A DNA stretch of 63,100 bases, filler included, from Reticulomyxa filosa (GCA_000512085.1; 15 parts of 15 records of this genome joined end to end with filler, not necessarily neighbours in it); one strand, 5' to 3'. Positions 25,140 through 38,840 are shown, counted from the first letter of the whole stretch. Made by a program: numbers and translations. The notes: generated by a model not told the origin, from the sequence alone.

Positions 25140-27493
25140 ATGTCATTTGTAAGTTCAACCGTTTGTCCTCGAATAATGCTCTCTTATGTTGCTTGAAATA
25201 TTGTGTTCTCACTTAAATGTACTAACATATAGCGAAAGAGTAAGAGAAGCCGCAAGGACGCAGAGTCAAGTGAAATAGGTGAAAAAGAAGGAGAGCCGTT
25301 CAAAAGACCAGAAAAGAAAAAATGTGAGACCCATCCAATGAAAATGGTTCGCAACATTGACGAAATGGAAGAGACAAAGCGAGCACGAATGTGGAATACA
25401 CTGAAAGCAGACACGGAAAGTCGCAAGGCGATAGTGAGTTATTTGTGGAACGTTGGTGTGTGTTGTGTGTGTATCGACCGGATGTTGTATTTGAATGGAG
25501 ACGTCTGCACATCAGAAGCAGAAGAGACAGAGATGCAAGAAAAGTCAGAAAAGCTGTTTGACCGTCTGTTTTACGAGCACATACAAGAGTGTATAGAGTT
25601 GAACAAGTATGTGGCGGTCAAGTCGCAAGATAGCACCAATGGCGATAACAACAGTCAGTCACGCACAGCTGAGTATCAGTGTTTCATTTGTAATGGCACA
25701 TATAATAAAATCAAAGAGCAGTTGCAAAAGTGGTACAAAGACGTCAGTTCTTACGAATTCGATACTTATTTCACCGCCATTTCAATTCCTTTTTGGCATA
25801 CATTCAGAGAGTTAACAATTAATAAATAACATATATACATATATACGTATACATATATACATATATACATATATATATGTATATATGTGTAATAGTTTTT
25901 ATGTGTGCCATCAACTTCGAGAAGCGTTGAGAACGCCAACGATTGCTCTTCCACAAAAACATTGCAATTTGCACCAGTTGTACTTGAGGGCGCTGATCAA
26001 TGGGTACTTTTGGGAGGAAGAGGACCGACGGAATGCAGCGGACAGTGACGACACGAAGACGCCGCGCGAAAGGCCGAAAACGGACTGGAGACAAAAGTGG
26101 GACAAGGAGTCCCTGTTTCAAGTTCGTATCAAAATCTTTGACGACGTTTCGATCTCCAGTGCTCCAGTGAAGACGGAGGTGCCCATGATTTACATTGACA
26201 AAGAGGAAAAAGAAAAGGTGGATGTGAACACAGGAGATGCGCCGACTGACAATAAAAAGAAAGAGGGCAATGACAATGGTAATGACAATGGTAATGACAA
26301 TGGCAATAATAATATAAATATGAATGAAAATAATAAAGACAATAAAAACAATGAAAATAATAAAGACAATAAAAACAATGAAAACAATAAAGACAATGAA
26401 GAAAGCAATAAGCCTATGAGCTGCAGAGCGAAAAGAAAACTTTACTTTAAAAACAAACCAAAGAAAGACAAATGGGTTTGGCCGGAATTGTATTTTCTGC
26501 GATTGTTCCGGAACGACAACTTGAACAGCCACACAAGACTGCTGTTTGGTAATCCCAACCATTTCTTTTACGTCAACTATGAAAAGCTGTACGACCTGTT
26601 GCAGTCGGTGACATCTCATCATTTCCTGTCCTGGATTCTGGAAGATTACAACGGGCCCAGCATGCCGAAGCAGTATATGTATCGCATTACGTGTCGAGTG
26701 ATGAGGCCGTCCATCTATTTGCGATGTCAATACCAAAAGAAGGATCGCGAGCTGTCGCAGACACCCAGTCCGCATGCGCGACAATCGGTGTCGTCGATCT
26801 TCCTTCGCTTGCTGCAGTCGTTTGTGTCGCCATTAGATGGTGAGTTGTGGTGTCAATGTGAAAATATCCAATTCCATGGAGGGGGTCGAGAAGACAAGGA
26901 TGTGCGCATGTTGGGAGAAGGACGGCCATGCGTGTTGGAATTGGTTCATTTGAAGCGAAAGAACTTGAACGAGATAAAAGAGGGTCACCCCGATACCAAA
27001 ATTTTGCTGGAACAAATGCAAGCGTTTATTAATAATGATACGACGATGAATGATGGCAGGATATTTGTCAAGAAATTATCCATTGGCTCCATTGACGATT
27101 TGCAGTATCTCAAAAATATCGAACAGAAAAAAAAAAACCTATCGCTGCGTTTGCTGGCTGTCTGAACCGCTTTCGCACTCCGCGTTTATGCAAAAGTTGC
27201 AAGCCATCCAAAACTCGATTGCTTCGGAACACTCGCTTGTCATTCAACAGGCCACGCCTATTCGCGTCTTTCTACGACGCTCTCCTATGGTTCGCAAAAA
27301 AAACATCTTTGATTTTAATGCCACTTGGATCAATCCACACTGGTGCTATATCGATGTCACCACTGAAGCTGGCACTTATGTCAAAGAGTTTGTTCATGGA
27401 GATAGAGGCAGGACCGTGCCCAATGTCGCCTCGCTCTTCGGCGTTACACGCGCACAAATCATTCAACTTGATGTCACTGGTGTTCACTTGTAG
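25140..27493 (+). CDS. PUS10: tRNA pseudouridine synthase Pus10
   Basis: Catalytic motif FHGGGREDKDVRMLGEGRPCVLE; KKKTYRC; IQQATPIRV..RR; AGTYVKEFVHGDRGRTVPN; LDV; N-terminal CxxC pairs. The first mini-exon is MSF/GTAAGT. There is one frameshift in the A11 run at 27127-27137. Confidence 0.93.
26269..26400 (+). repeat. Coding minisatellites inside Pus10 (12-bp AATGACAATGGT x3; 27-bp AATGAAAATAATAAAGACAATAAAAAC x~3)
   Basis: They encode (NDNG)3 and (NENNKDNKN)~3. Confidence 0.85.
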
Positions 27494-27679
27494 TCTTTTC
27501 GTACATTTTCGCAAATGATACTACTTTTCGTTCACTCAATCTTTAATACCGATTTCTTGTGCTTTATTTTTTTTTTTTTNNNNNNNNNNNNNNNNNNNNN
27601 NNNNNNNNNNNNNNNNNNNNNNNTTAATTAATTAANNNNNNNNNNNNNNNNNNNNNNNNNNNNNNNNNNNNNNNNNNNN

Positions 27680-28910
27680 GGCAGAGTCGTTGTCAGGTAC
27701 CGTAGTAGATAACAATGGCAAACCAATCGCGGCAGCGCGGGTTTCGCTGGTCGGCAGCGGCAAAGAGGTGCTGACTGATGCGCAGGGCCAATTTCGTTTG
27801 CCGGTGAATATGCAACGTAAAGCATTACGGGATGCCGAAGTGCATGTGGAAGCAGCCAACTTTGCCCACCGTAACCAGCATTTTTCTGTGCCGGCAGCCG
27901 GTTTAACCGGCGTGCAGCTTCGTTTGCAAAACACCTTGCTGGAAGTGATTGATGTAACGGCTAGCCCGCTGCATGCGTCGGTCACGGAATCGGCGTTGCC
28001 GGTGAACGTGTTATCCGGTGAAGCGTTACGTCTGCAGCAAGCGGCCACGCTGGGTGATACCTTAAAGCATCAGGTTGGTGTGCACAGTAACTTCTACGGC
28101 TCGGTCGCCAGTAGCCCGATTATCCGCGGGCTGGATGGCCCCCGGGTGTTAATTACCCAAAATGGTCTGGATGCCGGTGACGCCTCGCGGGTTGGCCCTG
28201 ATCACAGCGTATCAAGTGAAGCAGGCACTGCGCAGCAAATTGAAGTGCTGCGCGGTCCGGCCACGCTGTTTTATGGCAGCGGTGCCATCGGTGGTGTGGT
28301 GAACGTCGTCGATGAACGTATTCCGACCCGGGCCGATACTAAAGCCAGCTGGCAGCTGGAACGCGCTTCTGTTAACAATGAAAAAGCCGCCAGTGCCGCC
28401 GGTCAAACGTCAGTGGCCAAATTTGACAGCGGTGAAGTCGCTGTGTACGCCGATGCGTTTTATCGCGAGCAGGACAACTACCGCATTCCGGGTTTTGCTG
28501 AGACTGAGCCGCATGCTGATGATGTCAAAGGCGGCCGGGTAGCCAATACCGATGGCGAAACCAAAGGTGGTACTTTTGGTACCAGTTATCTGCTGGAAAA
28601 TGGTTACATAGGTCTGTCGGCGGGGCGTTTAGAACGCCAATATGGTATTCCGGGCCACAGCAATGGTCATACCGATGAGCATGCTGATGAAGCAGCAGAC
28701 GCAGAGGAGCATGCTGAAGAGCGCGTATTTGCGGATTTAACGCAAGATCGTTTCCAACTGCAATCCAGCCTGAATTTTGACGGTCTGCTGCAAACATTAA
28801 ATACCCGCTACGGCTATACCGATTATCAGCATGCTGAAATTGAAGGCGGCGCTGTCGGCACTACCTTTAAAAACCGCAGTGATGAATTGCGTGTCGAACT
28901 GCTGCATCGC
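27680..28910 (+). CDS. Bacterial TonB-dependent outer-membrane receptor (ZnuD-like), fragment
   Basis: Intronless, GC-rich contig. N-terminal carboxypeptidase-regulatory-like domain (SGTVVDNNGKPIAAARV), TonB-box-like LEVIDVTA, plug domain SSPIIRGLDGPRVLI and IEVLRGPATLFYGSGAIGGVVNVV, and a His/acidic loop HSNGHTDEHADEAADAEEHAEE. Confidence 0.93.
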
Positions 28911-29010
28911 NNNNNNNNNNNNNNNNNNNNNNNNNNNNNNNNNNNNNNNNNNNNTTAATTAATTAANNNNNNNNNNNNNNNNNNNNNNNNNNNNNNNNNN
29001 NNNNNNNNNN

Positions 29011-29406
29011 TGAAAGGCCAATGGCACGATGTTGTCCACCACTTGTGTTGGTGTATACAACGAGCACATTCGTCCAATTGTCTATTATTCATTACATATA
29101 ATTTGTGTGTAATGCAAATGAAAAGAGATAGCTATTGTAATATTGTGGATATGTTCCTTTTTTCCCACATTATAAATCGATATATGCGTGTGTGTGTGTG
29201 TGTGTGTGTTTGAGGAGTATGTATATTTGTATTGAGGAGACACATGGAAGAACGTAACTCAGCCAACAAGAGTCGGAACCTCCAATTGGCATCGGACTCG
29301 GAGCTAAGTTCCCATAATGTGTTCAAATGCTCTGCGCGCTTTTGATCGCTAAACACACGTAAAATCTTCCAAAAGTTGGTGATTATGCCCGCTCGAATCT
29401 ACAAAT

Positions 29407-29448
<42 letters not shown>

Positions 29449-31749
29449 AAGTAAGGAAGTGAAATGTACATGGGTCACATATGAGTGGGGACCACACACA
29501 TACAAAGATAAAAGAATTTAAAAAAAAGAACGGACATCGTCAATGTCTTTGAGAAAAAACTCAATGGCAGTGATCAAATACTTTTCAGTCAATTCAGTGC
29601 CCAAAATGGAACAAATTTCATGGACAGAACATGCCAAAGTTTTTCGGGATTTGAACGACTTTCGCACCAAAGCGTTGTACGTTTCGTGCAGTTCTTCCCA
29701 CCGGCCTTTGCCTAAGGCTAAGGCAACGCCAGGGAAGTTGAAGGCACAATGAGTGGTGCAGTCGGCATCCGCTTCCGCACTTGAAAGGTTCGGAATGTTG
29801 GTGAAATACTTTAAAAACTCACGACTCACTTGGTCCGATCGCAATGTGGACAAAAACGGTCCCAATTGTTCATACGCACTATTTCTTACCCATCGTGAAC
29901 TCTTTTTTTTTTAAAAAAAAGAAAGCAACATTTTGATTCAACTTAAACAAACAAACAAAAAATGAAATAAGAATGAAACAAAACATCATTGAGAAATTGT
30001 TCCATGAGTGAAACAAGAGCGCTTCTGGATTCTTGGTGAATCGCATTCGACACATTGACAAAGCTCTCCACACAGCCCTTTCGCACACTCCATATCGTGT
30101 CTTGGCACAAACTCTTAAATATGGGTAACTTTTGCATTTTTTTGGGGGGGGGGGAGGGAGGGAAAGGTTTGTTGTAATTGTATATGCATATGTGTTTTCT
30201 TTCATCTCTTTGTATTTGTGCGTGTATGTGTGTCGGAGTATGCTTTGTTCCCGACGGACAAACACAAACAAATACAATACTATATAATACTATGTCATAC
30301 CAGTGTCCTTTCAGCGTCGTCAGGACCCAATTGCTCACAAATTGGCCCAAAGTACTGCACTGTCACCTATTTTTTAAAAATTTATTCATGTATGTTTTTT
30401 TTTTTTTTTTGGGGACACATAAAAAAAAAAAAAAAAAAAAAAATCCCTTTATTCAATATTCTTTACCACATTTGCAAAAAAACACAAATGCGTGTTGGAG
30501 TTTTTTTTTTTTTTTTTTTTGAAACAGCGTTCGAAACTTTTCGAACACGGAAGGAATTGTCTTGACTCAAAGCGTGGAGATCAGAGGACAAATAGCTCTT
30601 GCATACCGCACTTCCAACAATTGGGGCCAATTCTGCCAACAGCTATGAATAATCCAATATGAGAAACAAAACAATGTCTAAATAAATAAATAAATATACA
30701 TACATATACATATATATATATATATGATATAACACAAACGAAACAGGCAAAGCAGAAATCTTTTGGTCATCAGTATCGTCATGAGCCATGTGGAGAACAA
30801 TGTTGAGGACATGTTCCAACACTTCGTCTTTGCTCAATAGCTCGGCCATGAGGATTAAGGATGTAGCTGCCGCTTGTCGGACTTCCATGGCGTCACGAAG
30901 CATTTCTTTGAGCAAAGGCAGCAACTCGGCGATGATCAGTCGATGCGCCTCTTTGCCATCGTTTGTCGCTTCCACGAGATATTTCCATAGCCTCCCAATT
31001 GCTCCGCACACGTTTGGCGAATCACCATTTCCTTGTCACTCGCGATGCTGCGAATCCGTGGAATCAGCGAAAACGCTGCTTTGTACCCAAACAATGGGCA
31101 TGCAGATGCCAGTCTCTTCACTGCAACCAACTTTTTTTTTATTTTTTTATTTTTTTTAAAAAAAAAAAAAAAAAAACGAAAAGGCTATACGTATTTAAAA
31201 AAAAAAAAAAACTCTTTGCAGTGGTATGTCGCTGGCAAGCTGTCGATTAAATATGGAAAAGTCAGAATCGCTTGTGAAACACAAGGATGTGTCTTGAACG
31301 TTTTCAAAGCCGGGCATTAGTTGTCCATTTGCATCATATCCTAGTTGCTCTACTAATGCATTTTCGTTCTTTATTTCCTCCTCGCTTTTCTTTTCAATGG
31401 TTGGAGTACTGACGCCAGCTGCAATAATAGTGGCGGCTGTTTCCATAATGTGGTTCTCCTTGTTGTCATCTGAAACCATTAGACTTGGCGCTTCTTTTCC
31501 TCTTGGCGTGTCCTTGTGATGTCTGTCTTCTGATATCACACACTCCTTATCCATCTCGATCTTCTCTGGACTATTGTTTATGCACACTGCCGTGCTGCCA
31601 TTCTCCTCGCTTTCTTCAATCTTTATGCCCTCCACTTTTTGCGGAGACACTGCTGCTTCGTTGTTGCTTAGATCTAAGGTCAGAGTTGTCGCGGAGGCAT
31701 CACTAGAATTATTTGAAGCAATATTGTTCAATTCCTGCTCCATATTCAT
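29011..31749 (-). CDS. PPP4R1: Serine/threonine protein phosphatase 4 regulatory subunit 1-like HEAT-repeat protein (3' incomplete)
   Basis: LPIFKSLCQDTIWSVRKGCVESF, HCAFNFPGVALALGKGRWEEL, RKTLACSVHEICSILG..LTEKYL...FLKDIDDVR and NWRFRLLLAE parallel PP4R1 HEAT repeats. Confidence 0.82.
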
Positions 31750-33366
31750 ACACTTAATGCTCCTTTGGGCTTTATCCTGAAGAATATTTTTCACAATTAC
31801 AATTTTTTTTTTGGCTCTTGAGTGACCCCGTCTTTCGTTCTTTGCTGAGTAATCTTTACAGTTTTTTTTCTTTTTTTTTTTGTCACACATAGAGTCTCCA
31901 TCAAATGTTGCCATCTTTCATAAACAAAATTTGGTTTCTTTTTTGCCTCCGTACATTGCTAAACTTTTTTTCACAAAGCATACGTTTATTGTACGGCATC
32001 AACCGGCTTGTTCAGTCTCAGAAAATACTTTTTTGTAGAAAAGTTAGCGCTGAAGAACAAAAAAATACCGTTAAAAAGATAATATTATTTCTCAAATTCT
32101 CTTAAAGTAATATCGGATGACACTTCCACCCCTTGCACAATTTTTTTAAAGGACGAATTTTCTTTCACCTTTTTGGGAAATTCCAAAAGAAAAAAAGAAG
32201 TGAAACAAATAAAAAATAAAAAAGTGTTTGTTGGTTCTTTTTAGCAGCGATATGAACGATTTGAAAAAAGATCAAAAACAGTATTTGGTTTTACAAGGAT
32301 ATCTGACTGAACATAAAATGAAAATGAAAGCGACTGATAGTAGGAAAAAAAAATTTAAAAAGTTTAATTACTTTTTGATTGACAGTTCAATAATTTTTGG
32401 ATATATAAGAAAACGACTAAAAGAAAACCCAACCAAAATGACCAAGAAAAAACCAGCATTATATGTCATGACGACCAACATCAAAAAAATATCCAATTAT
32501 GACATTAGCTCCGAACGACAAAGTATCCAGTAGCCTCAGTTGCAAGGAAGGAAAACTCTGGCCTAAAAAGTGGCTGCTTTTGTGGTCAAATTCATTTCCA
32601 GAGTCGCAGTGAAATTTTTCCAAATGAACCGTTTCATATTTTTTAAATACGTAAGTAATTAAGTCTCTATGCAAGGGAGGGACAAGGAAATGTAAAGTCA
32701 GAGAAACGGCTGTGCGCAAAAACAGAATAAATTTACCCCTTTGGAGATAAAACAGCTGACATAAAAACAACATTTGCTCTGCTCGTGAAACAAACAAAAA
32801 GATTCGTCGTCATATTTGCCTTAAGAAGCATAAGACTATCAAGAAGACTGCGCTGCACCACCATTTGGTACTATTGTCAATGTTCCAGTCGTCAAATAAT
32901 AAGCAAATCTTTGTTGTAAATCCAAAATAACTACGCATCATCGGACAGTTGCTGTCACCCATGTCCATTTTTTGTCTAAATGTCACAAGAGGAAAAATGA
33001 TATCGAAGAAATATAAAACAAATTAGTCAAGATTACCAAAAACACCGTTTTCCCCTCAAAACGGTCCTTTCTGAAGCATTAACAAAAAAATTCGATTAGG
33101 TTTAAATCTTGTAAAGCATAGAGAGTCACACGCTTGTGATGAGATATTTAAGCTCTTCTCACTTCTTAGTTTTTGATTTTTGATGAAATACCATTACATT
33201 TGATCCCTTTAAACAAATGCATTGCAAGAAAGAAAAACGGAAATGCATTTTCAGTAGTGAGAAGAAAGAAATGATTTTGAAATAAATGAGAAAAGGGAGT
33301 TAGCGAAATATGGAAAAAGCTTGAAAATGGTTTTGTTTTGTTTTTTTTAAAAAAGTATGTTTAGAT

Positions 33367-33624
33367 TTAATCAACCATTTGCATATCTTCTTCTTCATCA
33401 CTACTTGGAGTACGCACGACAGCATTGCCATTACCTTGTTCTTGTTCTTGTTCCTGTTCTTGTAATTGTTCTTGTATTTGTGCATGCTGTTGTTCGGCAT
33501 CATTGTCATATTCTTGTTTGGTGACAATATCAGGAAGAATATGATCTCCATCTTCTCCAATATTGTCTTGAAAATTGCGTTGAGGAGATTCTGGAGTCAT
33601 TGGAGTATTCATGGATCGATCATC
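33367..33624 (-). CDS. Terminal exon of an unidentified gene (acidic, Q/E-rich tail)
   Basis: An open Q/E/D-rich frame follows a poly-A...AG acceptor at the contig edge and ends ...EDMQMVD-stop. Confidence 0.5.
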   Translation of the reverse strand, partial: DDRSMNTPMTPESPQRNFQDNIGEDGDHILPDIVTKQEYDNDAEQQHAQIQEQLQEQEQEQEQGNGNAVVRTPSSDEEEDMQMVD

Positions 33625-33736
33625 TTTTTTTTTTTTNNNNNNNNNNNNNNNNNNNNNNNNNNNNNNNNNNNNNNNNNNNNTTAATTAATTAANNNNNNNN
33701 NNNNNNNNNNNNNNNNNNNNNNNNNNNNNNNNNNNN

Positions 33737-33914
33737 GTACAATTCGTTTTTGGGATATTCGATCAAATAAGAATCATTTGGATATAAAGAAGATGATGGA
33801 ATACTATGTCTTAAATTTATTGAATTGAAAAAGAAAGAGAAAACAAAGAATGTTACATATGATTTGAATTTGTGTTATGGTCTATTAAAAGGTCCCATTC
33901 GTATTTGGGGATAA
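33737..33914 (+). pseudogene. 3' end of a second WD40 family member, with a deletion and frameshift
   Basis: Near-identical DNA to 1975-2169 (TACAATTCGTTTTTGGGATATTCGA...TGTCTTAA.TTT...TGTTATGGT). It reads TIRFWDIRSNKN, then changes frame to DGILCLKF...LCYG..KGPIRIWG-TAA. Confidence 0.8.
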
Positions 33915-35066
33915 TTTACGTTTTGTTGAATAAGAAATGAAGATTTTTTTTAAACATTTGATTAAAAGTAAGTTGATATTATACTTGTTTGATCTGATTG
34001 AATGCAAGCATTGAAAGATGTTCTATTTTATTTTTCTGTTTAAAAAATTGGTTCAATTTTGTTTAAAGAATTGAAAATCATACTAAATATAAATTGTATC
34101 TAAATATCAAAATAAATTGCAAAAGATTTTAAGTATTGTGTTTTTGTATAGCATCGAACACAATTGTCTTTGTGGTAATTCATGACATATCTTTTTTGCT
34201 TCGAAAAACACAAAATGTTATTAAGAATTTTGAAATATTGTTATTGTCATTGAATCTTTTTAAAGAACACAACAATAGGTGTCCTAAATTTGAAAGGCAG
34301 ATTGCAAAGTAAGTACAGTTTTTTAATCAATAAATGTAATTTGAAATGAACTATATTAATCTTTATAAAAATTTTACCCAAGCTAATTGCAGATGAGCAT
34401 CGACAATGTAAGAGTATTATTAAGAGGACAAATTTATGACTTTGATAAAATGATTTCTAAATATACTAAGTTATTTAACAACACATTCAATTTTTTTTTT
34501 TAAATAAATATGCTGATACGTCTCAGAAATAATAAATTTTTATCTATTGAAATGTCTCACGTTGTCAAAATTATTCATTAAATGATTGGAAAGTCTTTTT
34601 TTTTTTTTTTTACATAAACACAAGCTTAGCTTTTTTGTGCTGACATTTAATGCAGAAAAGGAAATTATTTTGTGAGTAGATGCAAGGCGCAAGGCAATGA
34701 TATTGCAAACAAGTTTCTCATCACGTCCAAAACAGACATGGAGTGTATAAAAAAACAAAAGGAAAAAAAAAAAAGCAAAGTAGTTCAAAACATCACTATA
34801 CACAAACCACTATCCATTGAAGCGAATAAAATAAACATTGAAGACTTGGCGACTCAGTAAGTCTCTGAGTGTCACATTTTTTTGGTAATGATGTCATATG
34901 TTCTCTATTCATCCTTTGTATCATAACATTTGCTGTGGCATTTATAATAATTGAAAAACTTACATTATGAATACGTTACGGATTCGTATGGACAAAACCA
35001 TATACCGGTCAAACGACTGATCAGATGTTTGGTTGTATTGGATGAACACTAGGCCAATATAACAGT

Positions 35067-35615
35067 GTGGAATTTTGTTATCAAAACCAAGAGAATCGCC
35101 CCTGTCTGAAATGCTGCATGACAAACCTTGAAAACGAGCGAACAAATACTCAAATCAGCTATGCAGTTAACGTAACGGCAGCTGCCGAAGTGCTCTCCAT
35201 TCTTGCACATTGCAAAGTCCATTTGACCAAGCCGCTTGGACACGGACGGAATCTGCACGTGGAATTATCTTTTCAAGGAAGGGGAGCCCATGAGTTCTGC
35301 ATCATGTTCAAGAAGTTGCAAAATATCACATTATTGGATATTGCAGGAGTTTGTTGGCATGGCATTTATTTGGACATGTTTGGGTGTTTGCATACTGTGA
35401 TTCGCCCTTACTCAATTTGGATGCTGCTGCTTATACACTTACGCAAGGCACTCCAAAATTCAAGCTCTTGCACAAAAAGAAAGAAAATAGCGAAATGCAG
35501 ACACAAAGCTAATCCGAAAAAGGAATTGATCTTGGTCGACCCACAATCGTGCAAGACTTTCATGTATGCAAGGATTGGTAAAGGAATGCATCTTGCACTT
35601 TTGTGCAAACCATGA
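35067..35615 (+). other. Unassigned ORF in a coding-like but apparently degenerate region
   Basis: A 182-codon ORF with higher GC than its flanks. I could not build a coherent splice model or recognise a family. Confidence 0.2.
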
Positions 35616-36783
35616 CACGACATAGCTTTGCCATCCATTTGGAATCGAATGCCAATACACAAAGAATTGCACAACTTATATTCTTGCTATATGTTCACAA
35701 GCTATCTCCTTGACAAATGCATTGTCTACAAATATGTTAGTCCCACATTCTATTATATATGTGTTTTTATTTTTTTTTTAAAAAAAAAAAAGATGTGTCA
35801 TGCAATTGCTTGTAAATATAGCAGTTTGCGCATTGACCATTGACAGCGAAACTTTGAAAATATCTTCATTTATGGTACAGTTATTTGAGTCAAAGGATCG
35901 ATATAAAAAAAATCATTATCAAATTTTTTTGTCCACAGAGAATTGCCTTGCACTTTCACAGGTCACTTTGCTTTTTTCTATTTTTTGCGTGCATTCAGTA
36001 GACGGATTCTCACTACCACTTTTATATTTTTTTTCTGGCATGTCGTCGTCACATGTCATCGCCCTTCACTGGGAGAGACTTGCGAGGCTGGGATTTCTCG
36101 AGAATCTTCATTTTCTGCCATCATCCACTTAAGGTAATTTATAGTTTCCAACCAGAAAGAAAGGTTCATTCTTGTTATCGATTTATTATTTATGTATCAA
36201 AGGAATTCAATGTTTTATCATGCTTTCATTTTTCAAAGCTCTTTTCCCCTTTTTGAACGCAAAAATATGCTTTATGACTGCCCTAGCTAACAATTAAGCA
36301 AACAAAAAATTTAAACGACAGTTCAAAGAATAAAAATTAAATACTGTTTCAGAGCCTTGATAAGTGGAATTGCAACGAAAATAAATAAACACTTTTTATT
36401 GATTGTCATTTTAAAGAAAAAAAGAAACTATTTGCTTAAAGTGTTGTAGTTTGATGCATTGTCTATAATTTTTTTATTTATTATTTTCTCGAATTTACTA
36501 TTTAATGATTTAGTAAAAAAATAAAAATAACTTTTTCCTTATAATTTTTTCTTTCATTATGATAAACCTTTCACAATTTTACTGAATTATCCAAGCTTGA
36601 TGATTTTTACAAGGTCTTTCGTTTAAGGATAAAATATTTCTTTGTGTAAGCTTTGATACTGATAACTTTTTACTCGTACCACANNNNNNNNNNNNNNNNN
36701 NNNNNNNNNNNNNNNNNNNNNNNNNNNTTAATTAATTAANNNNNNNNNNNNNNNNNNNNNNNNNNNNNNNNNNNNNNNNNNNN

Positions 36784-38502
36784 CCCATGCCCATACCTGT
36801 CCCTGTTCCTGTCCCCGTGCCTGTGCCCGTCCCCGGTCCAATGTCCATTCCCCCGCCCATGCCCATGCCCATGGTATAGGTTTGCGGTACTGTGGACCCG
36901 ATTCCGTTCATTGTTTGCGGATAGTACTGCGGGTGATGCACCGGCTGAATTACCGATGAGTAAATCACATTGCCATTGCTGCCGTTGTGATTCTGCTCGT
37001 TCAAATGGATCGTTGGTTTCTTCACTTGTACTTGCGTTGGAGTTTGCGATTGGCTTTGAGTTGGAGTTTGCTCATTCTCCGTTTGTTGTTGTTCCCAATG
37101 GATCGGCAACGACACATTGTCCGCCGAAACACCAAACTTTATCATTTTTTTTTTTTTTTTAAAAAAAATGATAAAATGTTTTAATTTTATTTCAAATGTT
37201 TTCATTTTTACATAAACAAATATATACAAATATAAACATAATAAAAATAAATACATATACACATATAAAAACGTAAACAATTAACTAACCGCTTTCAAAG
37301 TTTTTAAGGTCCAATCGTATTGTCCGTTATGAACATATTGGTGTTTTTGAAACAGCGATCGGAACAGACCACGTAAGTACTGATAATCTGGTCTATGTTC
37401 AAATCCCAACTCCCGACAGTACTTTAGGTACTGAGAGAATTCTTGTGGCAAGTCCTCGCACAACTCTTGAACCGACGTTTTTTGTTTCACCGTCGCAATT
37501 TGAGAATATTTTTCTTGTTTGTTTTTCGCCTAAGTGCAATACATTTTTTTTTTTAAAATTATAAAAAAAAAAGTTGATCAGTTTATTTTACTCACACAAA
37601 TGAACAAAATATAAATGTTACAATGAACACACTTTAAGCCCTTGCCAAGGCAGCTTGCCTTGCTTGATGAAATATAACAGCACATAGCCCAACGTTTCCA
37701 AGTCGTCTCTGCGGGCTTGTTCGTGTCCTAAGTGCGTATTGACACTTGCATATCGTGCCGTTCCGGTGAGTGATTTTCCCTTCACAAACGGGATATGTTT
37801 GCCTGTCTTTGGGACGATAAACCGTTTTGCTAGCCCAAAGTCGATCACGTAAACCTTTTTTAATTATTTGAATATATATATAAATACATAATATTTTTTT
37901 AGCGATATTTATCACAACCACAAGTTGCAGGTGTATATATACATTTTTCCCCCCCTCCCTCTTGCCCCCTTTTTTTTTTTCCTCTTTTTCCCCTTCAATT
38001 GCAAACACGGACAATGTTTTAAGTATACGTTTTTTAAAAAGAAAAAGAAACAAAGGAAAGGAAGAGAGGGGAACGAGGGAAGCAGGAAAAAAATTTTTGA
38101 TGAGTTTTTTTTTTTCCCGGTCACATATAAAAAATGTTGGGGTGTTTCTCTCTCTTTTTACGACAACAAAACGATGTTAAAGCTTTCATTCAATCCAATC
38201 AAAAAATTGTCAGGTTTGATATCTCTGTGAATAAAAAGTTTCCATGCACTTTTTCAATTCGATCCAACTGTTGTCAATTGTTTATGTTTTATAAAGTGGT
38301 GTTTTTTTTTTCAAAAAAAAAAACCATTTGATCGGCCAATAAACAAACAGTTCGTAACGAAAAACGTCGACCACAGTAGTTGAAAAGAACTTCTAAACTT
38401 GGTCCTAACATCTCCATCACTAACACGTTGAATTCTCCTTCTTGTCCAAACCATTTCACTGCTGGCACTCCTTGACTTCCTTTCAAAATTTTGTAAATCT
38501 TG
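36784..38502 (-). CDS. CK1: Casein kinase 1 (partial at both ends, multi-exon)
   Basis: [34 protein letters not shown], (F)[56 protein letters not shown] and [12 protein letters not shown]-rich and GM/GT-repeat tail. One slip in a T5 run at 38233-38237. Confidence 0.95.
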
Positions 38503-38602
38503 NNNNNNNNNNNNNNNNNNNNNNNNNNNNNNNNNNNNNNNNNNNNTTAATTAATTAANNNNNNNNNNNNNNNNNNNNNNNNNNNNNNNNNNNNNNNNNN
38601 NN

Positions 38603-38840
38603 AAAAAAAAAAAAAAATATGCACTTTCGCTTTACCTCGGATGTTGTGGTTAAACCCAATTTTTCGTAGTTGCTCCAATCCAAACACACCACTGAACACG
38701 TCCTTTGTTGTTCGATGTTTGGCTTGGATGGACACCTCATTTTTGCTGGTGTCCAGTGAGGTAGAGAAAACGTACGGGGTATTATTTGTTATCATTATAA
38801 ATCCACTTCCTCCTCCCTTCTTCTTTCCGATGGACGCCAT
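38603..38840 (-). CDS. First exon of an unidentified gene, divergent from the mitochondrial carrier
   Basis: ATG-initiated exon MASIGKKKGGGSG...IGFNHNIR followed by a GTAAAG donor and truncated at the contig edge. Confidence 0.5.

Noticed and set aside
25819-26784. 321-aa antisense ORF over Pus10, and similar long antisense ORFs at 11629-12321 and 12719-13399
   Set aside because: These are shadow ORFs produced by low-complexity sense-strand codons, with no motifs of their own.
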